In this document: in pieces, positions 22,898-31,240 of the stretch
Layout of the letters: each line of letters opens with the position of its first letter
How positions within the stretch are numbered: position 1 is the stretch's first letter
Origin: Coprobacillaceae bacterium
GTDB taxonomy: Bacteria > Bacillota_I > Bacilli_A > Erysipelotrichales > Coprobacillaceae
Assembly: GCA_963675915.1 (NCBI GenBank)
Contig: OY780959.1
Location: forward strand, 2,010,001 to 2,042,000
Direction of reading: 5' to 3'
DNA: 32,000 bases
Translations under genes and position numbers: made by a program
The notes under the pieces: generated by a model
The model's input: only the letters and a program-made list of their open reading frames with translations
What the model was told of the DNA's origin: nothing
Database searches by the model: none

Positions 22898-24361
22898 TTA
22901 TTTTCCAGAAACCAATTTGTCGGTTCCCAGCAAGTAATTCTCATAGAAGTCGGAGGATTTCTGAATTTCATTATTGACGTATTCGTACCCGTAAGATTCC
23001 AACAGGGTTGGCACATCGCTAAACAAGTTGGTTCCCAGCCCCAGTCGCTCACCATCAATAACGCCTCCTATTGCGGCGATCGTTGTTGGAAACATGTCCA
23101 TTGAACTAAAAATACGGTTTTGGGTATTTTCAGTTTCCACCGCGCCATTGATGATCAAATTGAATGGCGTCCGGATATATTCGTCATCGATGTCCGAAAA
23201 ATATTCGCCAAACATACTCAGATGATCACCAACAACAATGATAGTTGTGTCATCGTAATAATCCTGCTGTTGGATGTAGTGGATAAAATCCACAACCTTC
23301 TTGGATGCATCGGCTATTACATTGGAATACTGATCATCGTAAATCTCCTCAACATCATCCTCAAGATAGCCTTCCGGTGTGTGGGTGTTCACTGTCACCA
23401 TGGTTAAATTGAAGGGTTCATCCTGAGATGAAACTTCAGCCAGTTTTTCCTTGGCGTATTCATAAGTCTTACTGTCTTCCATTCCCCAGAAAACCCGATA
23501 GTCGTCCGGGATGAATCCTTCTTCGATTGCAGCATAGTAATCGTAGATTTGATAGTTTCCATGACATTCAAAGAAATTAGATGTTCCTGCAAAATCCGCA
23601 TCGGAACCTTTAATCAAAACATTGGTATAACCATTATCTTCCAAAATCTCACCCAGTGAATAAGCACCAGTCAGATAAGGATCGCCAGTCTCATAACTGT
23701 CATCTCCAAATTTCAAAGTTACCGGAATCCCGGAATTTTGAGACACCATTGAAGCGATGGTCCATTGAGTACCCTCAATTGTGCGCCAGCCCCCGAGTGT
23801 TTCTTTGTTTGAAAAATTAGTGTTTGCCAATGTCAACTCTTCCAGCTCCGGCATCAGACTGACCGGATTCGCTCCGCCGTTTTCCTGAGATAAATATGTA
23901 GTTTCAACCGACTCCAGATATATATAGATCAGATTGCGTTTCTCATTGAAAGTGATATCGGTGGTTCTAGGATCAACATAATTCTTTTCGTAAAAATCCG
24001 TTACTTGGGATATCTTAGAAAAATAACCGTATACATTATAATTTGTGAGAGTGAAAACAAGCAATAATGTAAGGGATATTACTGATACATGAGTACTGTT
24101 GATTCTCAATTCTATACCCCAATGCGAAATGTACCGGGTATAACCTAAATAAATAATCAGAAAAAATATTGCACTTGGCAGCGCCGCCTGGACTATCCAA
24201 CTTACCACTACCCCCAGGTCAAGACCGGCTCCCGAAAATTTGGTATGATAGATCAACTGATTCAGTGTAGCCGTCGAAAAATTATTATTCCCCCATCTTA
24301 TCGACATAAATGCCAGCAATGAAGCGAATACAATAAAAAGACCAATATTTTTCTTCTTCAC
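22898..24361 (-). CDS. LTA synthase / phosphoglycerol-transferase family protein (sulfatase-fold, membrane anchored)
   Basis: N-terminal TM helices followed by an extracellular alkaline-phosphatase-superfamily domain (YIYLESVETT, GTQWTIASM, VVGDH). GTG start preceded by GAGGAGG. Confidence 0.75.
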   Translation of the reverse strand: MKKKNIGLFIVFASLLAFMSIRWGNNNFSTATLNQLIYHTKFSGAGLDLGVVVSWIVQAALPSAIFFLIIYLGYTRYISHWGIELRINSTHVSVISLTLLLVFTLTNYNVYGYFSKISQVTDFYEKNYVDPRTTDITFNEKRNLIYIYLESVETTYLSQENGGANPVSLMPELEELTLANTNFSNKETLGGWRTIEGTQWTIASMVSQNSGIPVTLKFGDDSYETGDPYLTGAYSLGEILEDNGYTNVLIKGSDADFAGTSNFFECHGNYQIYDYYAAIEEGFIPDDYRVFWGMEDSKTYEYAKEKLAEVSSQDEPFNLTMVTVNTHTPEGYLEDDVEEIYDDQYSNVIADASKKVVDFIHYIQQQDYYDDTTIIVVGDHLSMFGEYFSDIDDEYIRTPFNLIINGAVETENTQNRIFSSMDMFPTTIAAIGGVIDGERLGLGTNLFSDVPTLLESYGYEYVNNEIQKSSDFYENYLLGTDKLVSGK

Positions 24362-24555
24362 CCTTATCTCCTCCTCGCTGTTGTAATATTAATACTTTTC
24401 ATAATAAAAATAAACATTTATTAACAAAACTGAAAAAATTTAAGACATTCTTAAGAATTCAAACTACCAAAATTGATTCATTCCAATTAAAACAAACCGA
24501 CGAAGCGGGTAAGCGCTTACTTGTCAAGAATAATTATAAGACCCTTTTCAAGATC

Positions 24556-25335
24556 TTATAATATTTTATCCAATTTTGCATGAACGACGTATCGATTCAG
24601 TTCGTCAGATGATCCTGTCGCACATGTGGAAAGCATGATTACAGGCGCATCTTTCGATTCGTCAAAATCGATACTGATCGTGCTGTAGGCTTTAATTTTA
24701 CTATAATATGTCTGAGTGTCAATATTATAGTTTGAATAAAAATCATTTGTAGCTTTAATTATTCCGGCTCCAATAACTTGATACTTTTCTATTGTACCAT
24801 TTAGTCGGTAAATATAGACGTATGGATGCTCCAACGCAAAATCCTGATTCACATACGGTTTGATTCCGTGGAACATCGAACCGTTTTTCATGTTATGACC
24901 ATAGATTACAGTATTGTTGGCATCAAAAGGGTCAACCGTTCTGGAATCAAGGAATATTGATCCTGAACGCAGATAATTGTGATCAATATCGGCATGAAGA
25001 TATTCATTTGTCGAACTCGGATATAAAATAGGATAATCGACACGGGTATCTGGGATTTGAATCCAGCCGATTACTTCAGGGTTTCTCTCGTACAATGATT
25101 TAAGATCCACCTCACTATGAAGCTTGGCATATTCATCCTCAACTTCAGGTGCTTCTTCCGGTTCTTCCAGATCATCTTCGGTATCATCACCTGAATCCAC
25201 ATATTGTTCGGTGATTGCATCATTGACTTCGTCCATGTGTTGATATTCCAAATATGTTGACACTAAATTATAGGCAGAAAAAGCTAAGACAACTATACAA
25301 ATTGCAATGATAAGCTTTCGTATAGTGTTATTCAT
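24556..25335 (-). CDS. srtB: Class B sortase
   Basis: An N-terminal TM anchor and an acidic linker, then IGWIQIPDTRVDYPILY, YGHNMKNGSMF, catalytic LSTC, and the downstream Arg in NRYVVHAKL. Confidence 0.85.
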   Translation of the reverse strand: MNNTIRKLIIAICIVVLAFSAYNLVSTYLEYQHMDEVNDAITEQYVDSGDDTEDDLEEPEEAPEVEDEYAKLHSEVDLKSLYERNPEVIGWIQIPDTRVDYPILYPSSTNEYLHADIDHNYLRSGSIFLDSRTVDPFDANNTVIYGHNMKNGSMFHGIKPYVNQDFALEHPYVYIYRLNGTIEKYQVIGAGIIKATNDFYSNYNIDTQTYYSKIKAYSTISIDFDESKDAPVIMLSTCATGSSDELNRYVVHAKLDKIL

Positions 25336-26435
25336 TAAACGTTGAACTTGAACAACATCACGTCGCCATCTTTACCGACGTACTGTTTTCCTTCTTGGCG
25401 GATTTTCCCGGCTTCTTTCAAAGCGGCAACGCTGCCGTACTCAACTATATCATCATAACTGTAAGTTTCTGCTCTAATGAATCCTCTTTGAAAATCTGAA
25501 TGGATAACTCCGGCCATTTCCGGGGCTGTCATCCCTTCTTTGAAGGTCCATGCCCGAACTTCCTGTACTCCGGCGGTGAAATAAGTTCTTAATCCCAAAA
25601 GTTTATAAGCTTCTTTTATCAACTTATCCAGTCCGCTTTCTTCAATCCCAAGATCAGCCATGAACATTTCTTTTTCTTCAGGATCAAGCCCAACTAATTC
25701 CGCTTCGATTTTTGCACAAATCGGAACCACGTCAGCACCTTCACTTTTGGCGAACTCAACCACTTGATTATAGAATGGGTTAGATTCCGGATCTTCAAGA
25801 TCCTCTTCTCCAAGATTGGCCACATAAATGATTGGCTTTCTGGTAAGGAGGTTGTATTGTTTTACAATCGCTTCTTGGTCTTTATCCAGTTCCAACATTC
25901 TTGCAGGCTTTGAATCTTCAAGAAGTTCCTTCAGCGGTAACAGCAATGCCATTTCAGCCTTGGCCTCCTTATCTCCTGATTTGGATTTTTTATCAAGTCG
26001 CGCAATTCTTTTGTCGACTGTTTCCAAATCCGAAAATATTAATTCCAAATTTATAGTTTCAATGTCTCTGATTGGATTGACGTCTCCCTCAACGTGGGTT
26101 ACATCATTATCTCTAAAACAGCGGACAACTTCACAAATAGCATCGGTCTCACGGATATTGCCCAGGAACTTGTTTCCCAAACCTTCTCCTCGCGATGCCC
26201 CTTTTACCAATCCGGCAATGTCGGTGAATCCAAAAGTAGTCGGTACAGTCTTTTTCGGTTCAACCAATTCAGTCAGTTTTTCCAAACGGCTATCTGGTAC
26301 TTCAACCACCCCGACGTTAGGGTCGATTGTCGCAAACGGATAGTTTGCCGCCTCCACCTGGGCGTTAGTTATTGCGTTAAACAATGTCGATTTACCCACA
26401 TTAGGTAAACCTACGATTCCTGCGGTTAATGCCAT
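25335..26435 (-). CDS. ychF: Redox-regulated ribosome-binding ATPase YchF
   Basis: The ATG at 26435 gives MALTAGIVGLPNVGKSTLFNA. GGAG lies 10 nt upstream. A C-terminal TGS-like domain is present. The track start at 26462 is a 9-codon extension. Confidence 0.93.
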   Translation of the reverse strand: MALTAGIVGLPNVGKSTLFNAITNAQVEAANYPFATIDPNVGVVEVPDSRLEKLTELVEPKKTVPTTFGFTDIAGLVKGASRGEGLGNKFLGNIRETDAICEVVRCFRDNDVTHVEGDVNPIRDIETINLELIFSDLETVDKRIARLDKKSKSGDKEAKAEMALLLPLKELLEDSKPARMLELDKDQEAIVKQYNLLTRKPIIYVANLGEEDLEDPESNPFYNQVVEFAKSEGADVVPICAKIEAELVGLDPEEKEMFMADLGIEESGLDKLIKEAYKLLGLRTYFTAGVQEVRAWTFKEGMTAPEMAGVIHSDFQRGFIRAETYSYDDIVEYGSVAALKEAGKIRQEGKQYVGKDGDVMLFKFNV

Positions 26436-26588
26436 ATATATTTCACTCCTTATTGTTATCATTCCTATTGTAAAGAAATTTTAAACCAAAAGCAATAAAA
26501 CTATTGCCAAAGTTAATTTATTATCTCCTTTTCTTGTTTTTTTGCCTGAAATGTGATATTTATTACATTGTAAACTAAAGGAGATATT

Positions 26589-26813
26589 ATGTTCTATTCT
26601 ATTGATATTCATTCCATGACCAAAACTGAAGCCAAGGTGGCTATTGACAACTATATTGACTCAATGTCCGGAATATGCCAAGAAATTGAAGTCATCCATG
26701 GTTATTCTTCAACAATCTTAAGGGATTATGTCAGAAAACAGTATCGGCATAAAAAAGTCGGACGAAAAATACTGACTACCAATCCCGGAGTAACCATTCT
26801 CACAATCAAATGA
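26589..26813 (+). CDS. Small Smr-domain protein
   Basis: Smr pattern IDIHSMTKTEA...IEVIHGYSS. SD AAAGGAG upstream of the ATG. Confidence 0.65.
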   Translation: MFYSIDIHSMTKTEAKVAIDNYIDSMSGICQEIEVIHGYSSTILRDYVRKQYRHKKVGRKILTTNPGVTILTIK

Positions 26814-27295
26814 TGACTGATTTTTATTTGTTTTTTGTCAATAGAATCAACAAGAACCAACCTTTAAGAGAATTCATCAAAGGTTTGAATCTTATCCTGC
26901 CTTTTTCAGTTTTTTTCACCTACTCACTATGCCTGATGTATTCATTGAACTATGAAAGATCGGCATTCATAGCCATGGCCCTAATTCCAATTTCATGTTT
27001 CTTGGCGACATCAGCTTTTAGGAAGCTGATTTCACGAAATCGTCCCTACTCAAAAATTGGTTACAAACCAGTCGGTGAGATAAAACATGATCGGGAATCA
27101 TTCCCATCGCGTCATGCTACAAGCGCATTTGTGATTGCTTTTGCAGTTTTACCTTCCCTTCCCCTAGTGGGCTGGTTTTTAATTGGTATTGCAACAGTAA
27201 TTTCAATCCTTCGCGTTATCTCGGGACTACATTACATTTCTGACATAGTAGGCGGAATAACCTTCGCATACTTGTTCGCATTCATAATATTCTAA
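26810..27295 (+). CDS. PAP2-family membrane phosphatase
   Basis: PAP2 motifs KLISRNRP, PSRHAT and SGLHYISD. Multiple TM helices. ATGA overlap with the smr gene. Confidence 0.8.
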   Translation: MMTDFYLFFVNRINKNQPLREFIKGLNLILPFSVFFTYSLCLMYSLNYERSAFIAMALIPISCFLATSAFRKLISRNRPYSKIGYKPVGEIKHDRESFPSRHATSAFVIAFAVLPSLPLVGWFLIGIATVISILRVISGLHYISDIVGGITFAYLFAFIIF

Positions 27296-27301
27296 CCATC
27301 A

Positions 27302-27328
27302 ACTGTCAACAAATTTTGGCAGTTTTTT
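27302..27328 (+). terminator. Rho-independent terminator after the PAP2 gene
   Basis: ACTGTCAAcaaattTTGGCAGT followed by TTTTTT. Confidence 0.7.
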
Positions 27329-27404
27329 CATACCATTATTATACCACAACATTTTAAAAATTGATTATTATAAGGACTGTTAAGAAATATTTACAATAAT
27401 TCAT

Positions 27405-27433
27405 TTGAATAATGCCGCTCTTTTTGTTAAACT
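27405..27433 (+). promoter_or_regulatory. Candidate extended -10 promoter of acr3 (TTGAAT-17-TAAACT with TGn)
   Basis: TTGAATaatgccgctctttttgtTAAACT. An inverted repeat ATATCG-N8-CGATAT follows at 27440-27459. An alternative weak promoter lies at 27524-27551. Confidence 0.4.
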
Positions 27434-27567
27434 CATCATATATCGATAAACAACGATATGTTGCTTGATGGAACGGCAGCTACCCGATGTTTTAAATAAA
27501 GTAAAAGACACTGCCGAAATACATTCCATCCATATTATTATATATTATAAAACTAGCGAGGTATTTT

Positions 27568-28611
27568 ATGAAAGAAAACAAATTTGAAGGAATCAGTTTT
27601 TTTGAACGGTACTTAACTGTCTGGGTGGCATTGTGTATGGTTGCCGGAATCCTGATCAGTACCTTCCTCCCTGCGGTTCCTGAATTTTTCAGCAAGTTCG
27701 AATATGCAAACGTTTCAATCCCAATCGCGATATTGATTTGGCTGATGATTTACCCAATGATGCTTAAGATTGATTTCAGAAGCATCAAAAATGTCGGAAA
27801 GAATCCCAAAGGTCTGTTCCTTACTTGGGTAGTCAATTGGTTGATAAAACCATTTTCAATGTTCGCAATTGCCTCATTTTTCTTCTATGTGGTTTTTGGC
27901 AACCTGATCCCAACCGATCTGGCCCGTGACTATCTTTCAGGAGCAGTGCTGCTGGGAGCGGCCCCTTGTACCGCTATGGTTTTCGTGTGGAGTCATCTCT
28001 CAAGAGGGAATGCCGCTTATACCGTGGTTCAGGTAGCTACTAATGACTTGATTATCCTCGTGGCATTCACGCCGATTGTTGCATTGTTACTGGGAGTCAG
28101 CGGAGTATCAATACCTTGGTCGACCCTGATATTATCGGTTGTCCTCTTTGTGGTAATTCCGTTGGCTGGTGGGGTCTTCACCCGAACAACGGTCATCAAA
28201 AACAAAGGCCTTGACTATTTCAATAATGACTTTGTTCCAAGATTTTCAAATGTGACTACTGCAGGATTATTGATTACCCTGGTGCTGATCTTTTCATTCC
28301 AAGGAAGTGTTGTCATTGAAAATCCGGTTCATATTGTCCTGATTGCAATTCCGCTGATAATCCAAACATTCCTGATTTTCTTTATTTCTTACGGAGCGGC
28401 GAAGTTGCTTAAACTTCCTCACAACATTGCCTGTCCGGCCGGAATGATCGGAGCTTCAAACTTTTTTGAATTGGCCGTGGCTGTAGCAATTTCGCTCTTT
28501 GGAGCCCAAAGCCCAGTTGCCCTGGCAACAATCGTCGGCGTTCTGGTCGAAGTCCCAGTTATGCTCACCCTGGTCAAAATAGCAACCCGAACTGAACATT
28601 GGTTCAAATAG
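27568..28611 (+). CDS. acr3: ACR3-family arsenite/antimonite efflux carrier
   Basis: N-terminus FFERYLTVWVALCMVAG, IYPMMLKIDF, and the conserved Cys block GAAPCTAMVFVW. About 10 TM helices, 347 aa. Confidence 0.88.
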   Translation: MKENKFEGISFFERYLTVWVALCMVAGILISTFLPAVPEFFSKFEYANVSIPIAILIWLMIYPMMLKIDFRSIKNVGKNPKGLFLTWVVNWLIKPFSMFAIASFFFYVVFGNLIPTDLARDYLSGAVLLGAAPCTAMVFVWSHLSRGNAAYTVVQVATNDLIILVAFTPIVALLLGVSGVSIPWSTLILSVVLFVVIPLAGGVFTRTTVIKNKGLDYFNNDFVPRFSNVTTAGLLITLVLIFSFQGSVVIENPVHIVLIAIPLIIQTFLIFFISYGAAKLLKLPHNIACPAGMIGASNFFELAVAVAISLFGAQSPVALATIVGVLVEVPVMLTLVKIATRTEHWFK

Positions 28612-28615
28612 TTCA

Positions 28616-28645
28616 AGGATTCTGTTAAAGCAGAATCCTTTTTTG
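28616..28645 (+). terminator. Rho-independent terminator of acr3
   Basis: AGGATTCTGttaaagCAGAATCCT followed by TTTTTT. Confidence 0.8.
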
Positions 28646-28713
28646 TACGCTATTGCTTATTTAATAACCTTCTGATCAGCCTGATAGGTAGTACATCTAT
28701 CATTCATTTCTTT

Positions 28714-28741
28714 TTCCATTTTATTATCTATTTGTTATAAT
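28714..28741 (+). promoter_or_regulatory. Candidate extended -10 promoter (TTCCAT-16-TGtTATAAT) about 210 nt upstream of the 93-aa ORF
   Basis: TGTTATAAT lies at 28733-28741. No other -10-like element lies closer to the ORF. Confidence 0.4.
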
Positions 28742-28951
28742 TTACTCAGGAGGTTAAGAAAGTAGGTTCTCGGATATGATAATGCGTTTCTTGGCTCAAA
28801 ATCCCAATTGCCAAAAACTAATGATTATCAGTTATCGGATTTTACTCCATCCTGAATGCAACGAAAAGATTTATTGAATTGAATATCAACGTGGGAAGTA
28901 CCGTCTATTTTATCGGAATTTTTGGACTTGAAGAATAAGGAGGATATTCTA

Positions 28952-29233
28952 ATGTGCAAAGTGGTAAACGTTATTGGTCAGTACAAGATAATCAGAACTC
29001 AAAAGGATTACGTTGTTATCAACATGAGAGGTAATTATGAAAATCATGGTCATTTCAAGAAACTCTCAACTTGCTACGTAATATGCAGGTTATTAAACCA
29101 TTGGGATGTTCCAAAGAAGCGCTATTTGATCAGATCATGCATCCGCATAACCACCGACGTAAATTACAAAGATACTTTGGTCGGAACGCTTGGTAATCAG
29201 CGACAAATGCAAAGCCGGACCCTGCCCCCCTAA
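28952..29233 (+). CDS. Hypothetical small basic protein (93 aa)
   Basis: The ATG at 28952 lies 7 nt after AAGGAGG. The protein is MCKVVNVIGQYKIIRTQKDYVVINMRGNYENHGHFKK.... I do not recognise a family. A terminator lies downstream. Confidence 0.55.
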   Translation: MCKVVNVIGQYKIIRTQKDYVVINMRGNYENHGHFKKLSTCYVICRLLNHWDVPKKRYLIRSCIRITTDVNYKDTLVGTLGNQRQMQSRTLPP

Positions 29234-29315
29234 AGGTGACCTTTGATCCTCAGTGCCATCGGTGCCTGTTTACATCGAAATTGCACCATTATTGGATCAA
29301 ATAATTTATATATCC

Positions 29316-29367
29316 ATCATCGCTCTTTTAGCTGCCTCACGGCCGGTGGCTAGGGCGATGATTTTTT
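29316..29367 (+). terminator. Long-stem rho-independent terminator
   Basis: ATCATCGC...TAGC-loop-GCTA...GCGATGAT followed by TTTTTT. Confidence 0.7.
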
Positions 29368-29438
29368 ATATGCATAAGAATTCATATTTCACGGTTATTT
29401 TTATGATTTGTGATATTATTTAGTCAAGGAGGTATCAT

Positions 29439-30239
29439 ATGAACCTAAATTTTTTAAATGATTTACCTGAATTCAATTCCTATCAACCCCGGAAGATCTT
29501 GGAAAACGCCCACTCAACCGCCTTCGCCCTTGGTGATGACTACCTTTTGACAGTTTTCCAAAGCGATTCTCCTTTGAAGTTCCTACTAGACAACGTTGAC
29601 TATTTTTCTGCAAAAGGTCTCATTCCTAAAATCATCACCTCCGGTTCAAGCGCCGGACTTGACGGTAATCAGTATATAATATCGGAGCTGACCAAGGGGA
29701 TTTCGCTACTGGATTCGACCAATACCGACCAACATCAACTGGCTCATGCGCTGGTAAATCACCTCAAGGAAATACAAAGTATCAATCCCGAGGATTTAAC
29801 CATGGACAAAACCAGTCCGATTGCTTTCTCAGACTTGATCGAAAACATCCGAACCATTATTTCCAATCAACCTTGCGGTAATGATCAAAAAGTATATACC
29901 GACATCCTTGAACAAGGACTGAGTGAAACCGAATGTCCGCCAGGAATTGTCTTGGGCAATATCAATCCCCAAAGCATCATCGTATCCGACGGAAAATTTG
30001 CCGGATTCCTTACCCTCCCTCCAATTTCTTATGGAGACTCATGCTTTGATCTTTCGATTGGCTATGAGTATTTTGACAAGGATTCGCGGGATGAGTTTTT
30101 CAATCTAATCGGCGCTGATCTGTCAATCCGAAAGAAATCCCGCAACTGGGCTTTATCAAAAGCATTGACTTCAATGAAAGATGACGAAAAATCGGCAATG
30201 AACACCCTATACAATATTTTCGAAGAATATTATAGTTAG
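29439..30239 (+). CDS. Phosphotransferase-family (APH/ChoK-like) kinase
   Basis: Brenner-like block GIVLGNINPQSIIV followed by GFLTLPPISYGDSCFDLS (DFG-equivalent plus D..D). SD AAGGAGG upstream. Substrate unknown. Confidence 0.55.
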   Translation: MNLNFLNDLPEFNSYQPRKILENAHSTAFALGDDYLLTVFQSDSPLKFLLDNVDYFSAKGLIPKIITSGSSAGLDGNQYIISELTKGISLLDSTNTDQHQLAHALVNHLKEIQSINPEDLTMDKTSPIAFSDLIENIRTIISNQPCGNDQKVYTDILEQGLSETECPPGIVLGNINPQSIIVSDGKFAGFLTLPPISYGDSCFDLSIGYEYFDKDSRDEFFNLIGADLSIRKKSRNWALSKALTSMKDDEKSAMNTLYNIFEEYYS

Positions 30240-30293
30240 TCAGTTCATTACAGTAACAAAATCAAAATCCCAATAATTGAGATATCTACCTTT

Positions 30294-30334
30294 ACCATCG
30301 CCTATTAATTTGAAAAGCGGCGATGGTTTTTTTT
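30294..30334 (+). terminator. Rho-independent terminator
   Basis: CCATCGCC-loop-GGCGATGG followed by T8. Confidence 0.75.
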
Positions 30335-30454
30335 ACCCTGATTCTTCTAACCGAAATGATTTTAAAAACCATCTAGAAATAATTTATATTTTTTTTTGCA
30401 AGGTTTTTCCGCTTTCTATTGTATTAATTGTGAAATACTTAGGAGGACAATAAA

Positions 30455-30889
30455 ATGATGAAAATTACTATGATGACAAGTTTGGCCCTTTCGGGAGTTT
30501 TAGGTGTTACCGGAGTGGCTGCTGCCCAAAACGAAAATTCAATTAATACCAATACAGCGACAATGGCTGGAGAAGCTATTGAAACTCCAGTAGCTGCTGA
30601 AGTTGAAACTTGCAGCGAAGAAATGGTGCAAACTCAAACTATGACACAAACAATGGAACAAACTGAAACTCAACAACAAAATGCCTATTCATATGCATAT
30701 GCAGGTGAAAAATTAGAAGCTTCTGATCAAACAGCAGTTTTGGAAGCGGCTGAATATTCATATAACCATGAATACCATAAAGGTGACGAAGATGGCGATG
30801 GTGTTTGCGACAACCTGGATAAAAGTGATTGTGAAGAAGCGGCTAATGACTTCAGCTATAACGAAGCTGGTCCCCACAAAAATAAATAA
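30455..30889 (+). CDS. Small secreted acidic protein (144 aa) with a TSP3-like Ca-binding motif
   Basis: Signal peptide ending VAAA/QNEN, SD TTAGGAGG, a T/Q/M/E-rich low-complexity stretch, and DEDGDGVCDNLD, which matches DxDxDGxxDxxD. Confidence 0.6.
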   Translation: MMKITMMTSLALSGVLGVTGVAAAQNENSINTNTATMAGEAIETPVAAEVETCSEEMVQTQTMTQTMEQTETQQQNAYSYAYAGEKLEASDQTAVLEAAEYSYNHEYHKGDEDGDGVCDNLDKSDCEEAANDFSYNEAGPHKNK

Positions 30890-30940
30890 TTTTACTTTTT
30901 ATAACAAATGTTTCTAATCAATATCAGGAAATGTTTTCCC

Positions 30941-30967
30941 GCGGCCTCTTTCGAGGTCGCTTTTTTT
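30941..30967 (+). terminator. Rho-independent terminator
   Basis: GCGGCCTCtttcGAGGTCGC followed by T7. Confidence 0.8.
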
Positions 30968-30979
30968 CGTTCTAGCACC

Positions 30980-31005
30980 AAAAAAAGAGCCGCTGGGCTC
31001 TTTTT
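30980..31005. terminator. Bidirectional terminator serving folD-DUF951 on the minus strand
   Basis: A7-AGAGCCgctgGGCTCT-T5. Confidence 0.75.
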
Positions 31006-31052
31006 GCATCAACGGCATCCTCAATTGTCTGCCATTATCAATTTATATCCGG

Positions 31053-31238
31053 TTAATCTGAAGTTATCACTTTTTTCAATCTTTTCTCAAAATCTTTGCG
31101 CGAGAACATTACAATCGCATTGCACCCCAAACATTTGATTTTGATGTCAGCACCCATTCTGATAATCTGCCATTGGTTGGATTTCTTACAAGGATGGGGC
31201 TTTTTCATTTCCACGATATCATTCAATTTGTATTCCAT
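31053..31238 (-). CDS. DUF951-family small protein
   Basis: MKKPHPCKKSNQWQIIRMGADIKIKCLGCNAIVMFSRKDF, matching the HPC...W..R.GADI..KC..C pattern. SD GAGGG upstream. Confidence 0.75.
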   Translation of the reverse strand: MEYKLNDIVEMKKPHPCKKSNQWQIIRMGADIKIKCLGCNAIVMFSRKDFEKRLKKVITSD

Positions 31239-31240
31239 AA

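Noticed and set aside
24490-24556. Palindromes GTAAGCGCTTAC and TTATAAGA-N12-TCTTATAA after the srtB stop, considered as a terminator.
   Set aside because: The stems are short or AT-only, and only a weak, interrupted U-tract follows. Read-through into the next gene seems more likely.
28776-28877. 33-codon ORF (MIMRFLAQNPNCQKLMIISYRILLHPECNEKIY) in the leader of the 93-aa gene, considered as a possible type I toxin or leader peptide.
   Set aside because: The nearest AGGAGG is 22 nt from the ATG. The peptide is not hydrophobic, and no antisense promoter is visible.
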